DNA of 64,000 bases, taken from Chitinophagales bacterium (GTDB taxonomy: Bacteria; Bacteroidota; Bacteroidia; Chitinophagales; Chitinophagaceae). Position numbers and translations under genes: made by a program. The notes under the pieces are model-generated. The model did no database searches, had not been told where the DNA came from, and saw only the letters and a list, made by a program, of their open reading frames with translations. Shown piece after piece: positions 37,740 through 49,071 of the stretch (position 1 is its first letter; the number at the start of each line of letters is the position of its first letter). The stretch covers positions 6,218-70,217 of the forward strand of contig JBBRFX010000002.1 in NCBI GenBank assembly GCA_038241275.1, written 5' to 3'.

Positions 37740-39884
37740 ATGAAACCTGATTTTGCTGCTATAAAACTGAATGATGCAAATGTTGAAAACACCAGCATGG
37801 AGCATGAAGGATCCTTATGGGAAACGGCAGAAAAAATAAGCATACCCAATGTATTTACAAAAGCAGATGTGGCCAATGTAGAACACCTGCATTTTGGAGC
37901 CGGTAAACCACCTTACCTCCGTGGGCCTTATGCAAGTATGTATGTGCTGCAGCCATGGACTATCAGGCAGTATGCAGGTTTTTCTACGGCAGAACAATCC
38001 AATGCGTTTTACAGGAGAAATCTTGCTGCAGGGCAAAAAGGTTTATCGGTTGCTTTTGATCTTGCCACACACCGGGGCTACGATTCTGATCACCCACGTG
38101 TAACAGGAGATGTGGGAAAAGCCGGGGTGGCAATAGATTCTATCCTTGATATGAAACTGCTGTTTGACAGTATTCCATTGGATAAAATGTCTGTAAGCAT
38201 GACCATGAATGGTGCAGTTATTCCAATTATGGCTTTTTATATTGTGGCTGCCGAAGAGCAGGGAGTAAGCATGGATAAACTAAGCGGTACTATACAAAAT
38301 GATATTTTAAAAGAATTTATGGTGAGGAATACCTACATCTATCCTCCCAAGCCATCTATGAAAATTATTGGTGATATTTTTAATTTCACCAGCCAGAAAA
38401 TGCCAAAGTTTAATTCCATTTCTATATCCGGCTATCACATGCAGGAAGCGGGTGCCACGGCTGATATTGAACTGGCTTACACATTGGCCGATGGGCTGGA
38501 ATACATTCGCACCGGTATAGCTGCAGGATTAAAGATTGATGATTTTGCACCCCGGCTCTCTTTCTTTTGGGCTACTGGCATGAATCATTTTATGGAGATT
38601 GCAAAAATGCGTGCGGCAAGAATGCTATGGGCAAAAATTGTGAAACAGTTTAATCCGCAAAACTCAAAGTCGATGGCCCTGCGCACACATACGCAAACTT
38701 CTGGCTGGAGCCTTAGCGAACAGGATCCCTATAACAATGTTGCACGCACTTGTATAGAAGCCATGGCTGCCATTTGCGGCCACACACAATCCCTGCACAC
38801 CAATGCGCTGGACGAAGCCATTGCACTACCCACAGAATACTCTGCAAGAATTGCAAGGAACACCCAATTATATATACAGGACGAAACCAATGTAACCAAA
38901 GTGGTAGATCCCTGGGGTGGTTCGTATTATGTAGAGTACCTCACCCATGAACTAGCCAACAAAGCATGGGCGCATATTATGGAAGTAGAAGAATTGGGGG
39001 GCATGGCTAAAGCCATTGAAACCGGTATTCCTAAAATGCGCATAGAAGAAGCTGCCGCCAGAAAACAGGCAAGAATAGATTCGGGCACAGATATTATTGT
39101 AGGTGTAAACAAATACCGTGTACAGGAAAAAGCCGACTTTGAAGTGCTGGATGTAGATAATGCGGCTGTAAGAACTGCGCAACTTGAAAGATTGAAAAAA
39201 TTAAAAGCAGAGCGAAATACAGAATCTGTAACCGCAGCACTGGCTGCCATTACAACATGTGCCCGAACCGGCGAAGGAAACCTGCTGGAACTTGCCGTAG
39301 ATGCAGCCCGCAAAAGAGCAAGCCTTGGCGAAATTTCGGATGCAATGGAAGCTGTTTTTGGAAGACATAAAGCTGTGATACGTACTATTTCAGGAGTTTA
39401 CTCCGGAGAGTCGTATAACGATAAAGATTTTAAAGCCGTACTGGCACTTACCGATAAATTTGCAGAAGAACAGGGGCGCCGCCCAAGAGTAATGATTGCA
39501 AAAATGGGACAGGACGGGCACGACCGTGGCGCAAAAGTAGTAGCTACATCTTTTGCCGACATGGGCTTTGATGTGGATATGGGCCCCTTATTTCAAACAC
39601 CCGAAGAAGTAGCCAGGCAGGCAACAGAAAATGATGTGGATTTTGTGGGTGCTTCGTCGCTTGCAGGTGGGCATAAGACTTTAATACCACTTCTTGTAGA
39701 TGAATTAAAAAAATTAGGAAGGGAAGATATTCTTGTTTTTGCCGGCGGCGTAATACCGCAGCAAGATTATGATTATCTTTTTGAAAGGGGTATCTCAGCT
39801 ATATTTGGACCCGGCTCTAAAATACCGGAATGTGCAAAACAAATGCTTGCAAAACTAATGCTGGAGCAGGGTTCGCAGGAGTAA
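37740..39884 (+). CDS. mutB: Methylmalonyl-CoA mutase large (B12-binding) subunit
   Basis: [21 protein letters not shown] cobalamin motif. Confidence 0.95.
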   Translation: MKPDFAAIKLNDANVENTSMEHEGSLWETAEKISIPNVFTKADVANVEHLHFGAGKPPYLRGPYASMYVLQPWTIRQYAGFSTAEQSNAFYRRNLAAGQKGLSVAFDLATHRGYDSDHPRVTGDVGKAGVAIDSILDMKLLFDSIPLDKMSVSMTMNGAVIPIMAFYIVAAEEQGVSMDKLSGTIQNDILKEFMVRNTYIYPPKPSMKIIGDIFNFTSQKMPKFNSISISGYHMQEAGATADIELAYTLADGLEYIRTGIAAGLKIDDFAPRLSFFWATGMNHFMEIAKMRAARMLWAKIVKQFNPQNSKSMALRTHTQTSGWSLSEQDPYNNVARTCIEAMAAICGHTQSLHTNALDEAIALPTEYSARIARNTQLYIQDETNVTKVVDPWGGSYYVEYLTHELANKAWAHIMEVEELGGMAKAIETGIPKMRIEEAAARKQARIDSGTDIIVGVNKYRVQEKADFEVLDVDNAAVRTAQLERLKKLKAERNTESVTAALAAITTCARTGEGNLLELAVDAARKRASLGEISDAMEAVFGRHKAVIRTISGVYSGESYNDKDFKAVLALTDKFAEEQGRRPRVMIAKMGQDGHDRGAKVVATSFADMGFDVDMGPLFQTPEEVARQATENDVDFVGASSLAGGHKTLIPLLVDELKKLGREDILVFAGGVIPQQDYDYLFERGISAIFGPGSKIPECAKQMLAKLMLEQGSQE

Positions 39885-39891
39885 TCATATC

Positions 39892-40338
39892 AGTGAGCAA
39901 CTTTAATGGTTATTAGTTTTTTATATCAGGCAGCACTTTGTTATTTTTTACCTCAATTATTATTCCCCTGCCATCTGCATAAACCTTTGCATTTTTAAGT
40001 TCTTCTTTAATGTTTTCTGCAAAGTATTACTCTAAAATTTCATCCGTTGCCTTTTGACCAAATACCAGGGCCACTTTAAAGAAATTATCCCGTGGCAATA
40101 AATAAGCAATTACCCTTTTTTTATCTCTTATACGAAAACTCCAGCCGTATTTTATGCCCGAAAAATTCCACTCTTCCGTTGCCGGCGGGTATAGCTTTTT
40201 GGTGAAATCCTGCAGCAGCGTCCGGATTTTATAATTTTCACCAGTGCTTTTTGCAGGCCTTTTACAGATGGAGTAATTTCTTTCTCTGTAAATATGCTTA
40301 TCATAACACGGGGCTATTTTTTTAAAATTACTATTCAA
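39892..40338 (-). pseudogene. DUF3788-like pseudogene
   Basis: EEWNFSGIKYGW...VFGQKAT, in-frame TAA at 40027, homologous-looking reading continues (KEELKNAKVYADGRGI); 5' part frameshifted. Confidence 0.65.
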
Positions 40339-40470
40339 ATGTAATTCAAAGAAAAGCCAAAAAATTGCGCTGTAGCAGAATTATGTTCAGAGAAATACAG
40401 GTGTTGCATGCATAGTAATTGTATTCTAATTTCATATTCTAACAATGCTGCATGGCGTTTAATAAAAAAT

Positions 40471-40610
40471 AGGTTGTCTCCAAACTGTTGGTTTTACCAC
40501 AAGCAACATCAAACACCAAGAGACAAGGATTGACTATTAAACGATCTCTTTGTAAACTTTTTATTTCTTTGTGCTCTTTGTGTGAAAAAGGTTTCCTTTT
40601 GATACAGCCT
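40471..40610. mobile_element. 140-bp MITE-like element, second copy with inverted interior
   Basis: AGGTTGTCTCCAAA ... TTTTGATACAGCCT. Confidence 0.6.
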
Positions 40611-40661
40611 CCTTAATTATCGCAGGCTTTATCGTCCGTTACAGAAAAAAGGCCTGCATAA

Positions 40662-41636
40662 TTACCAACCCAATACCCATGCAAATATGAGCGGTGCTAC
40701 AATCGTTGCATCACTCTCTACAATATATTTGGGGGTATGAATATCTAATTTGCCCCAGGTAATTTTTTCGTTGGGCACCGCTCCACTATAGGAGCCATAA
40801 GAGGTAGTAGAGTCACTTATCTGGCAAAAATAACTCCAGAAAGGAACATCGTGCCACTCCAGGTCCTGGTACATCATCGGCACTACACAAATAGGAAAAT
40901 CGCCGGCTATACCGCCACCAATCTGGAAAAAACCTACGCCCTTGCCGGATGAATTGCTGCGGTACCATTCTGTAAGCCATACCATATATTCAATACCACT
41001 TTTTACCAGGTCGGCTTTTAGCTCGCCTTTAATTACATAACTGGCAAAGATATTTCCGGTGGTGCTGTCTTCCCAACCCGGGCATACGATAGGAATATTT
41101 TTTTCTGCAGCAGCTACAATCCAACTGTTTTTAGGATCAATCTCGTAGTACTGTTCCAGCTCGCCACTTAATACAGTTTTGTATAAAAATTCATGAGGAA
41201 AATATCGTTCGCCTTTAGCCGCAGCATCCTGCCATTGTTTTACCAGGTGTTTTTGCAGGCGGCGAAAAGCTTCTTCTTCCGGTATACAGGTATCCGTTAC
41301 CCGGTTATAATGATTTTCTAAAAGATCCCACTCATCCTGCGGGGTAAGGTCACGATAGTTAGGCACCCTTTTGTAATGAGAGTGTGCCACCAGGTTCATC
41401 ACATCTTCTTCCAGGTTGGCGCCTGTGCAACTGATAATAGCCACTTTATCCTGCCGTATCATTTCTGCAAGGCTCAGGCCCAGCTCTGCGGTACTCATGG
41501 CACCTGCAAGGGTAATCATCATTTTGCCACCTTCATCCAGGTGAGTCACATATCCTTTGGCAGCATCTATTAATGCGGCTGCATTAAAGTGCCGGTAATG
41601 ATGTTCTATAAAAGTAGAAACGGGTCCTTTGCTCAT
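40662..41636 (-). CDS. Deoxyhypusine synthase-family protein
   Basis: TLAGAMS, TGANLEED, IGGGIAGDF, GSYSGA.PNEKITWGK, ESDATIVAP. Confidence 0.92.
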   Translation of the reverse strand: MSKGPVSTFIEHHYRHFNAAALIDAAKGYVTHLDEGGKMMITLAGAMSTAELGLSLAEMIRQDKVAIISCTGANLEEDVMNLVAHSHYKRVPNYRDLTPQDEWDLLENHYNRVTDTCIPEEEAFRRLQKHLVKQWQDAAAKGERYFPHEFLYKTVLSGELEQYYEIDPKNSWIVAAAEKNIPIVCPGWEDSTTGNIFASYVIKGELKADLVKSGIEYMVWLTEWYRSNSSGKGVGFFQIGGGIAGDFPICVVPMMYQDLEWHDVPFWSYFCQISDSTTSYGSYSGAVPNEKITWGKLDIHTPKYIVESDATIVAPLIFAWVLGW

Positions 41637-41939
41637 GTTTTAAAATTTAGAGGGCAAAAGTAAAATTTTTTTATGTACCCCGCAGTGGTATTTCTATTTA
41701 GCTTCATTGGCAACCTGTGCCGGTCTTTATCGGCATCGCACACTTGTACAGCAGCAATTTACCCGGCAAGCGCATAGTTTGTATTACCAATATTTGTATG
41801 CTTGTTTTTTTAAAGAAAATCAGGATAAGCCCGCAAGGTAACAGGAGGATTAACAGCTTTGGTAAGCTTATTTGCAGATATGGATGGTAATAATGGGATA
41901 CTTAAAGACACAACCTGTTAGTCAAAAAAAGGAAAGAAT

Positions 41940-41975
41940 AAAACCGGCTGTATCATCAAGTGATACAGCCGGTTT
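41940..41975. terminator. Rho-independent terminator
   Basis: AAACCGGCTGTATCA-tcaag-TGATACAGCCGGTTT. Confidence 0.75.
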
Positions 41976-41978
41976 ATT

Positions 41979-42509
41979 TTAATAAACTTTACCCACCAGC
42001 ACTTTCTTTTTTATTCTTTTATTCACACTGATACTGCCATCAGGCGAGCATTTTAATTGCAGGTAACGGGTTTCACCTTCTATTGTTAGATAGTAGTTAG
42101 TAACGCCTTCAAATACAATTTCACTAACGCTTGCCGGTAAGATATAATTTTTATATTTTTCATTTAGCGATTCCATCACTGCCAGGGGTAACTGGTCTTT
42201 ATATAAACACCTGGAGATGCCTATTAATTCACCTTTCTCCGAATAAGCAACAGTGTACTCTTTTTCGTTTATTTCAAAAATAGCAAAATACAAATTTTCC
42301 TCTTGAGTCCATTTTACATTTACTGCCTTTTCAAATTTTTCTTTAAAGGCATTGCTTACCTGCCTGCTGACCTTTTCGGGGCTTACAAATTTTGCAGTTT
42401 TTTTGTTTAAAACGGTAAATAACCCTTTCTCTTCTTTTGGAATGGGGTTAAATGCGCCGGCACTGGCAAATAGCGCCAATGCGGCAACGATGGCTGTTAA
42501 TTTTTTCAT
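41979..42509 (-). CDS. Exported PepSY-like/BLIP-like repeat protein
   Basis: Signal peptide MKKL; AF..KF..A..V.W and LP.AV...L..KY repeats. Confidence 0.65.
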   Translation of the reverse strand: MKKLTAIVAALALFASAGAFNPIPKEEKGLFTVLNKKTAKFVSPEKVSRQVSNAFKEKFEKAVNVKWTQEENLYFAIFEINEKEYTVAYSEKGELIGISRCLYKDQLPLAVMESLNEKYKNYILPASVSEIVFEGVTNYYLTIEGETRYLQLKCSPDGSISVNKRIKKKVLVGKVY

Positions 42510-42800
42510 GACTATACTTTTTTGTTTTTTATAAAATGTTGCAGCAACTACTGCAACCATGGCATAGCAAAAGTAAATAGTGCCATTATAATTTGCCAGC
42601 GTATTGTGGTTAAGTGAACAGCTTCTTTAAAATACCTTTATAAGTGGTAGGCTGTAACACTAACCATTGATAACAGGCAAGCTGAAATGCAGTACTGTAA
42701 ACGATTATATTTCTATTCTTAAAGAAATTATAAAATATGCAGGCATAATGTTAAAAAACAGCAATGGCAGTGTTATCCCTATTGCACTTATCTTTAAAGC

Positions 42801-43397
42801 ATGAATTACCTGGCACATGCATATCTTTCTTTTAATCATCCCGAAGTGTTGGCAGGTAATATGATAAGCGATCATGTAAAGGGTAAAACACAATACGATT
42901 TTCCCATTCAGGTGCAGGCTGGTATTCGCCTGCACAGGGCTATAGATGATTTTACAGATCAGCATCCGGCAACAAAAGAGCTCATTCAAATCTTTCGTCC
43001 GCAGTATCGTTTATATGCAGGTGCCTTTGTAGATATTGTATATGATTATTTTTTGGCCAACGATCGCAATGAATTTGAAAACGATGATGCGCTGCAGCAT
43101 TTTGCCAAAAAAACTTATGCAAGTCTCCAGCCTTTTTTGCCGCTTTTTCCTACAAAATTTAAAAGTATGTTTCCCTATATGGTATCTCAAAACTGGTTAT
43201 ACAATTATCAATTTGACCATGGGATACAAAAAAGTTTTAATGGGCTGGTATATCGGGCAGCTTATCTTGAGGAGAGTGAAATTGCTTTTGAGCTCTTTGT
43301 AAATAACAAGCATTTGATGGAACAACAATACCAATTGTTTTTTAGTTCTGTTAAAAAATTTGCCGCTTATACAATGCAGGATTTATTAAACCATTGA
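42801..43397 (+). CDS. ACP phosphodiesterase (AcpH family)
   Basis: MNYLAHAYLS, GIRLHRAIDDFTD. Confidence 0.88.
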   Translation: MNYLAHAYLSFNHPEVLAGNMISDHVKGKTQYDFPIQVQAGIRLHRAIDDFTDQHPATKELIQIFRPQYRLYAGAFVDIVYDYFLANDRNEFENDDALQHFAKKTYASLQPFLPLFPTKFKSMFPYMVSQNWLYNYQFDHGIQKSFNGLVYRAAYLEESEIAFELFVNNKHLMEQQYQLFFSSVKKFAAYTMQDLLNH

Positions 43398-43426
43398 TTC
43401 TTTTATCTTTGAAAAAATTACATCGT

Positions 43427-43990
43427 ATGAAACGTTTCATGGCCATTGTTTTATTTTTAATTGCAGGGTTATCGGGTTTTGCGCAGTCTCAATTGCCGCC
43501 TATAGATAAATCTCCTTTGGATATCAGTTATTATCCCGATAACTATCCGGTATTAAAAATCCAGGATAAAGTGGAAGGTCCGTTGATGGCAAGGGTAATT
43601 TATAGCCGCCCGCAAAAGAATGAAAGGATTATTTTTGGTAATCTGATAGAATATGGAAAAGTATGGCGACTGGGTGCCAATGAAGCTACCGAAGTAGAAT
43701 TTTATGTGCCGGTAAAAATTAATAATGTAAAGATAAAAAAGGGCCGTTATTCTATTTTCGCCATCCCTAACTCCGACAAATGGACCCTCATTATAAACAG
43801 GGAAAATGATACATGGGGTTCTTTCAGGTATGATCTTAAAAAAGATATTGTACGCATGGAAGTACCGGTACAAAAGCAAACGGAAATTGCAGAATCTTTT
43901 TCACTGGTTTTTGAAAAAACAAAACTTGGGTTTAATTTAGCTGCTTTATGGGATGATGTAAAAGTTACAATGCCTGTTTATCTACAATAA
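43427..43990 (+). CDS. DUF2911 domain protein
   Basis: RVIYSRP, YGKVWRLGANEAT. Confidence 0.88.
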   Translation: MKRFMAIVLFLIAGLSGFAQSQLPPIDKSPLDISYYPDNYPVLKIQDKVEGPLMARVIYSRPQKNERIIFGNLIEYGKVWRLGANEATEVEFYVPVKINNVKIKKGRYSIFAIPNSDKWTLIINRENDTWGSFRYDLKKDIVRMEVPVQKQTEIAESFSLVFEKTKLGFNLAALWDDVKVTMPVYLQ

Positions 43991-43996
43991 ATCTAA

Positions 43997-44647
43997 ATGA
44001 AAATACTGCCAAAATTTTTTTCTGCTCTTTGTATAGTTTATGTAATTGTTTTGTTGGGAGCTTGTACACAAAACAAGAACGATAATGCTTCTGTTACACT
44101 GAAGGATTCATTAAAATTGCCTGAAGGCAATGAGTATGCAACTACCGATCAGTCTCCAATGGATATCAGTTATTTTCCTAAAGAGTTTCCTCAAAATAAA
44201 ATGTCCGGAACGCTGTTGCTGCAAGCGCCGGTGGCAAGGGTTATTTACAGCAGGCCACATAAAAAGGGCAGGCCCATTTTTGGTATAGATGAAAAAAATC
44301 TTTGCCCCTATGGTAAACCATGGAGATTAGGCGCCAATGAATCTACAGAAATAGAATTTTTTATGCCCGTAGTTATCAATGGAAAAAATGTTAATGCCGG
44401 AAGGTATGTGATGTACTGTATTCCGCATGCTGATAAATGGATAGTTGTGCTTAACAGTAATATTGATAGCTGGGGCTTGCAGATAGATCCTTCTAAAGAT
44501 ATTTTGCAAGCAGAGGTTCCTGTACAAAAACATATCCCTGCGCTGGAAGATTTTACGATTGTGTTTGAATCAGCCGGTTATGGCGCAGATTTAATAATGG
44601 CATGGGATGAAGTTAAAGTTTCATTACCTGTTACATTTTCTAAATAA
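43997..44647 (+). CDS. DUF2911 domain lipoprotein (tandem paralog)
   Basis: LGAC lipobox; RVIYSRP, PWRLGANEST. Confidence 0.88.
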   Translation: MKILPKFFSALCIVYVIVLLGACTQNKNDNASVTLKDSLKLPEGNEYATTDQSPMDISYFPKEFPQNKMSGTLLLQAPVARVIYSRPHKKGRPIFGIDEKNLCPYGKPWRLGANESTEIEFFMPVVINGKNVNAGRYVMYCIPHADKWIVVLNSNIDSWGLQIDPSKDILQAEVPVQKHIPALEDFTIVFESAGYGADLIMAWDEVKVSLPVTFSK

Positions 44648-44718
44648 AGTGGTCAGTATTTCGGGCTCAGTATTTGTTCATTTTTTCATGGGCAAATTTG
44701 TCTTCGTATCTTTACGGC

Positions 44719-46581
44719 ATGTGTGGAATTGCCGGGATCATTTCTTCCAATCAAAACATTATACATCATTCTTTGCTAAAACGCATGGCCGATGCGTTGG
44801 CTCATCGTGGGCCCGATGGCGATGGATTTTGGATAAATGAAAATAATACGGCCGGGTTTGCACACCGAAGGCTGGCCATTATAGACCTGTCAGATGCTGC
44901 TGCACAACCCATGCATTATGCCAAAAGGTATACGATTACCTACAATGGCGAAATATACAATTATATAGAACTAAGAAACAAACTTAAAAAAGCCGGGTAT
45001 CAATTTAGTACTAAGAGCGACACAGAAGTAATTCTTGCAGCATACGATTATTACAAAGAAAAATGTGTGCATTATTTTGACGGCATGTTTGCTTTTGCAA
45101 TATGGGATGAAAGAGAAAAACAATTATTTGTGGCCCGGGACCGGTTTGGCGAAAAGCCGTTTTATTATTATACCGAAGAAGATCTTTTTGTATTTGGCAG
45201 CGAAATGAAGGCTTTATGGGCGGTAGGGGTGCCTAAGCATGCAGACAATAAAATGCTGCTTAATTATCTTACGCTGGGGCATGTGCAAAACCCCGCTGAT
45301 AAGTCACAAACTTTTTATAGTAATATTTTTTCCCTGCTACCGGCTCACATCCTGCGACTGGATGCACGCACTCAAAAAATGACCATTAGTAATTATTGGG
45401 ATATAGATAAACAAACAACACTGGCCTTGCCTGATGAAGAAATTATGCATCAGTTTGATAGTATTTTTAATAGTTCTGTAGCTGCAAAATTAAGAAGTGA
45501 TGTGCCTGTAGGCGCAAGCCTTAGTGGCGGATTAGACAGCAGCAGTATAGCTTACAGTATTGTGCAGGCCTTGCAAAAAACAAACGCTTCAAAAAACTTC
45601 AAAACATTTTCTGCCGTTTTTCCCGGGTTTGAAAAAGATGAACAGGCATATATACAACAAGTGGTGCATCAATTTTCTTTTGATAACTACACGGTTACAC
45701 CCACTGCAGATGGGCTGGTGAATGATTTTGAGAAACTGAGTTATCACCAGGAAGAGCCCTTTCCTTCATCCAGTATTTATGCACAGTACAAAGTGTTTGA
45801 GCTGGCCGGCAAGCATCATGTAAAAGTAATGTTAGATGGCCAGGGAGCCGACGAGATACTGGCAGGTTATCACAGGTATCTTCATTGGTATATACAGGAG
45901 TTGCTGAGCAGGAATAAGTTTTCGTTGGCTAAAAAAGAAAGGCATTTGTTTAAGGAGCATCACATGAAAATGAAATGGGGAATGCAAAATTTGCTGGCAG
46001 TTTACCTGCCATCGCATGTATCAATTGCACTGGAAAAAAAAGAATATAACCGGGTCATTCATCACCCGGATATCAGTAAAAATTTATTGTCTGTAATTAA
46101 GGGCCGGGAATGGGATGGCATACACAAACCTATTGTAACCAAGTTAAATGATATTTTATATTTCAATACCATGGAATATGGTTTGGAAGAACTACTCAGG
46201 TATTCTGACAGAAACAGTATGGCACATGGCACCGAAGTACGCCTGCCTTTTTTAAATGCTTCTCTTGTGCAGTTTATTTTTTCTTTGCCTACCAGCTACA
46301 AGATTAGTGATGGTTTTACAAAAAATATTTTGCGCAGGACCATGAATGGAAAATTGCCGGATAACATTGTGTGGCGAACCGATAAAATTGGCTATGAACC
46401 ACCACAGCGCCAGTGGATGCAAAATGCCAGCCTGATTGATTATATACATGAAGCAAAAAAGAAACTGGTGAATGCAGATATTTTAAAATCGCAGGTTATA
46501 CAAAAAAAGATTATTCCTCAGCCGGCACACGATGCCAATAACAACGACTGGCGTTATCTGTGTGCTGCAAGAATGCTGTAA
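44719..46581 (+). CDS. asnB: Asparagine synthase (glutamine-hydrolysing)
   Basis: MCGIAG start, HRGPD, NGEIYN, LSGGLDSS, GQGADE. Confidence 0.93.
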   Translation: MCGIAGIISSNQNIIHHSLLKRMADALAHRGPDGDGFWINENNTAGFAHRRLAIIDLSDAAAQPMHYAKRYTITYNGEIYNYIELRNKLKKAGYQFSTKSDTEVILAAYDYYKEKCVHYFDGMFAFAIWDEREKQLFVARDRFGEKPFYYYTEEDLFVFGSEMKALWAVGVPKHADNKMLLNYLTLGHVQNPADKSQTFYSNIFSLLPAHILRLDARTQKMTISNYWDIDKQTTLALPDEEIMHQFDSIFNSSVAAKLRSDVPVGASLSGGLDSSSIAYSIVQALQKTNASKNFKTFSAVFPGFEKDEQAYIQQVVHQFSFDNYTVTPTADGLVNDFEKLSYHQEEPFPSSSIYAQYKVFELAGKHHVKVMLDGQGADEILAGYHRYLHWYIQELLSRNKFSLAKKERHLFKEHHMKMKWGMQNLLAVYLPSHVSIALEKKEYNRVIHHPDISKNLLSVIKGREWDGIHKPIVTKLNDILYFNTMEYGLEELLRYSDRNSMAHGTEVRLPFLNASLVQFIFSLPTSYKISDGFTKNILRRTMNGKLPDNIVWRTDKIGYEPPQRQWMQNASLIDYIHEAKKKLVNADILKSQVIQKKIIPQPAHDANNNDWRYLCAARML

Positions 46582-46640
46582 TATTTAACCGCCCCATTGA
46601 GTTATTTATAATTAATTTTGCCCCTCATTAACTTCCTATC

Positions 46641-47804
46641 ATGAGCACAGAAAACACAAAGTCTAAAAATCTGGGTACAAAGTTTATACATGCCGGTACC
46701 GTACCCGATCCCAGTACTGGTGCAATCATGACCCCCATTTATCAAACCAGCACCTATGTGCAGGAAGCACCCGGTGTAAATAAAGGATATGAATATGCCC
46801 GGAGTCAAAACCCAACCCGTAGTGCATTGGAAGCCGCTTTGGCCACCATCGAAAATGGGCAGTATGGTCTTGCATTCAGCAGTGGTGTGGCAGCTACCGA
46901 TGCAGTGATTAAATTATTAAACCCCGGCGATGAAGTGATTGCTGCCAATGATATGTATGGCGGCACTTATCGTTTGTTCACAAAGATTTTTGCAAAGTAT
47001 GGCATAAAATTTATTTATGTAGATACTACCAATGCTCAAAATATACAGGCAGCAGTAACGCCCAAAACAAAACTCATCTGGATAGAAACGCCTACTAATC
47101 CATTAATGAATATTACAGATATTGTTGCAGTGGCAGCCATATCCAAAGCCGCCCGTGCATGGCTTTGTGTAGATAACACTTTTGCATCGCCTTACCTGCA
47201 AAACCCGCTGGATCTTGGGGCAGACATAGTTATGCACTCTTCTACCAAATACCTGGGTGGTCACAGTGATGTGATACAGGGAGCACTGATCTTGAATGAT
47301 GCTGCACTAAGAGAGCAATTATATTTTATACAAAAAAGTTGCGGTGCCGTACCCGGCCCGATGGATTGTTTTTTGGTATTGCGTGGTATAAAAACCCTGC
47401 ATGTGCGTATGAAAGCACATTGCGAAAATGGATTTTTAATTGCTCATTTCCTGCGCAAGCATCCAAAAGTAGAAAGGGTTTACTGGTGTGGTTTTGCAGA
47501 TCATCAAAATCATGATATTGCAAAAGTGCAAATGCGTGGTTTTGGCGGCATGATGAGTTTTACTTTAAAGGACGATAGCATAGAGGCTGCAACAAAAGTA
47601 CTTTCTTCTACTAAACTGTTTGCCCTTGCCGAAAGCCTGGGTGGAGTAGAGTCGTTAATCAATCATCCTGCAAGTATGACCCATGCCAGCATACCAAGAG
47701 AAGAGCGGATTAAAAATGGCTTAAGCGATGGTTTGATCAGGCTAAGTGTGGGTATTGAGGATGCCGACGATTTAATTGATGATCTTACACGGGCCATCGG
47801 ATAA
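46641..47804 (+). CDS. Cystathionine gamma-synthase/lyase (PLP, Cys/Met metabolism)
   Basis: PIYQTSTY, ETPTNP, DNTF, HSSTKYLGGHSD, ESLGGVESL. Confidence 0.93.
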   Translation: MSTENTKSKNLGTKFIHAGTVPDPSTGAIMTPIYQTSTYVQEAPGVNKGYEYARSQNPTRSALEAALATIENGQYGLAFSSGVAATDAVIKLLNPGDEVIAANDMYGGTYRLFTKIFAKYGIKFIYVDTTNAQNIQAAVTPKTKLIWIETPTNPLMNITDIVAVAAISKAARAWLCVDNTFASPYLQNPLDLGADIVMHSSTKYLGGHSDVIQGALILNDAALREQLYFIQKSCGAVPGPMDCFLVLRGIKTLHVRMKAHCENGFLIAHFLRKHPKVERVYWCGFADHQNHDIAKVQMRGFGGMMSFTLKDDSIEAATKVLSSTKLFALAESLGGVESLINHPASMTHASIPREERIKNGLSDGLIRLSVGIEDADDLIDDLTRAIG

Positions 47805-47892
47805 TTTATAGATTACAGGTAAATAAATATACAGGCTTATAATCAGCGCTGTTGCTTATAGTGCTTAATTTACCACGCAGAAAAATTGCAGA

Positions 47893-48666
47893 ATGATAGA
47901 TGATAAACTGGCTGCTTTTTTAAATAAAAAAGTAAAAAAATATAACCGGCCAGATTTTGTTGCTGCTGATCCTATATGCATCCCTCACAGGTTTACGCTT
48001 AAACAGGATATTGAAATAGCCGGATTTTTTGCAGCCATTTTTGCATGGGGCAACCGCACAACCATCATCAACAAAACCAGTGAGCTGATGGCGCTGATGA
48101 ATAATGCGCCTTATGATTTTTGTATAAATCATACAGCCGGCGATTTAAAAAAATTATTATCATTTAAACACCGCACATTTAATACAACCGACCTGCTGTA
48201 TTTCATATCTTTTTTTCATATGCATTATTCCTGCAATAATTCCCTGGAAACCGCTTTTACAAAATGGATGAAAGCGGGAGATGCCAATGTGGAAAATGCA
48301 TTAAATGGGTTTTATCAATATTTTTTTTCACTGCCCGATGTACCCCTCCGCACATTAAAACATATTGCCAGCCCGGATAAAAAATCTGCCTGCAAACGCA
48401 TCAATATGTACCTGCGGTGGATGGTGCGAAAAGATAACTGCGGAGTAGATTTTGGCTTATGGAAAAATATTTCTCCTGCACAACTGGTTATTCCTTTAGA
48501 TGTTCATGTGGCAAGAGTGGCCCGGCATTTTAATTTGCTCAGCCGCCAGCAAACAGACTGGCAGGCTGCTGTGGAGCTTACTCAACAAATGAAACAATTG
48601 AATAAAAAAGATCCTGCCCGTTATGATTTTGCTTTGTTTGCATTGGGGGTGCTGGAAAAATTTTAA
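47893..48666 (+). CDS. TIGR02757 (DUF2400) family protein
   Basis: DPICIPH, SACKRINMYLRWMVR, PLDVHV, YDFALF. Confidence 0.88.
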   Translation: MIDDKLAAFLNKKVKKYNRPDFVAADPICIPHRFTLKQDIEIAGFFAAIFAWGNRTTIINKTSELMALMNNAPYDFCINHTAGDLKKLLSFKHRTFNTTDLLYFISFFHMHYSCNNSLETAFTKWMKAGDANVENALNGFYQYFFSLPDVPLRTLKHIASPDKKSACKRINMYLRWMVRKDNCGVDFGLWKNISPAQLVIPLDVHVARVARHFNLLSRQQTDWQAAVELTQQMKQLNKKDPARYDFALFALGVLEKF

Positions 48667-48725
48667 GTAACTTCAATTTTAACTGGATGATGATAGTTAT
48701 CAATTATTATAAAAAAAAACCAGCA

Positions 48726-49049
48726 ATGAAGCATTTGCCTGATCATGCAATTATAGATACTGTTTTATCTGCTTCAGAAGAGATAATGGTAAAGGATAAA
48801 AAGCTGTTTGAAAATTTATCTGCATACATTAACGAATTAATCAACCACGATTTTGAACGCCTTGTATCCCTGCTTTATAGATTGGATGTGGATGAAAAAA
48901 AGTTAAAGTCTTTGTTGGCATTTCAACCGGGCATTAATTCAGGCGATACCATTGCCACGTTGATAATAGAGCGGCAGTTACAAAAAATAAAATCCCGGCA
49001 GGAAACCCGCCGGGATAAAAATGATTGGAGCGAAGAAGAAATATGGTAA
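48726..49049 (+). CDS. Conserved-looking hypothetical protein
   Basis: DFERLVSLLYRLDVDE...IERQLQKIKSR. Confidence 0.65.
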   Translation: MKHLPDHAIIDTVLSASEEIMVKDKKLFENLSAYINELINHDFERLVSLLYRLDVDEKKLKSLLAFQPGINSGDTIATLIIERQLQKIKSRQETRRDKNDWSEEEIW

Positions 49050-49071
49050 TGATTACCCGTTTTTTTAACTC

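Noticed and set aside
43427-44647. Tandem DUF2911 paralogs as a novel system
   Set aside because: Old, diverged duplication within a housekeeping-like operon; nothing else unusual.
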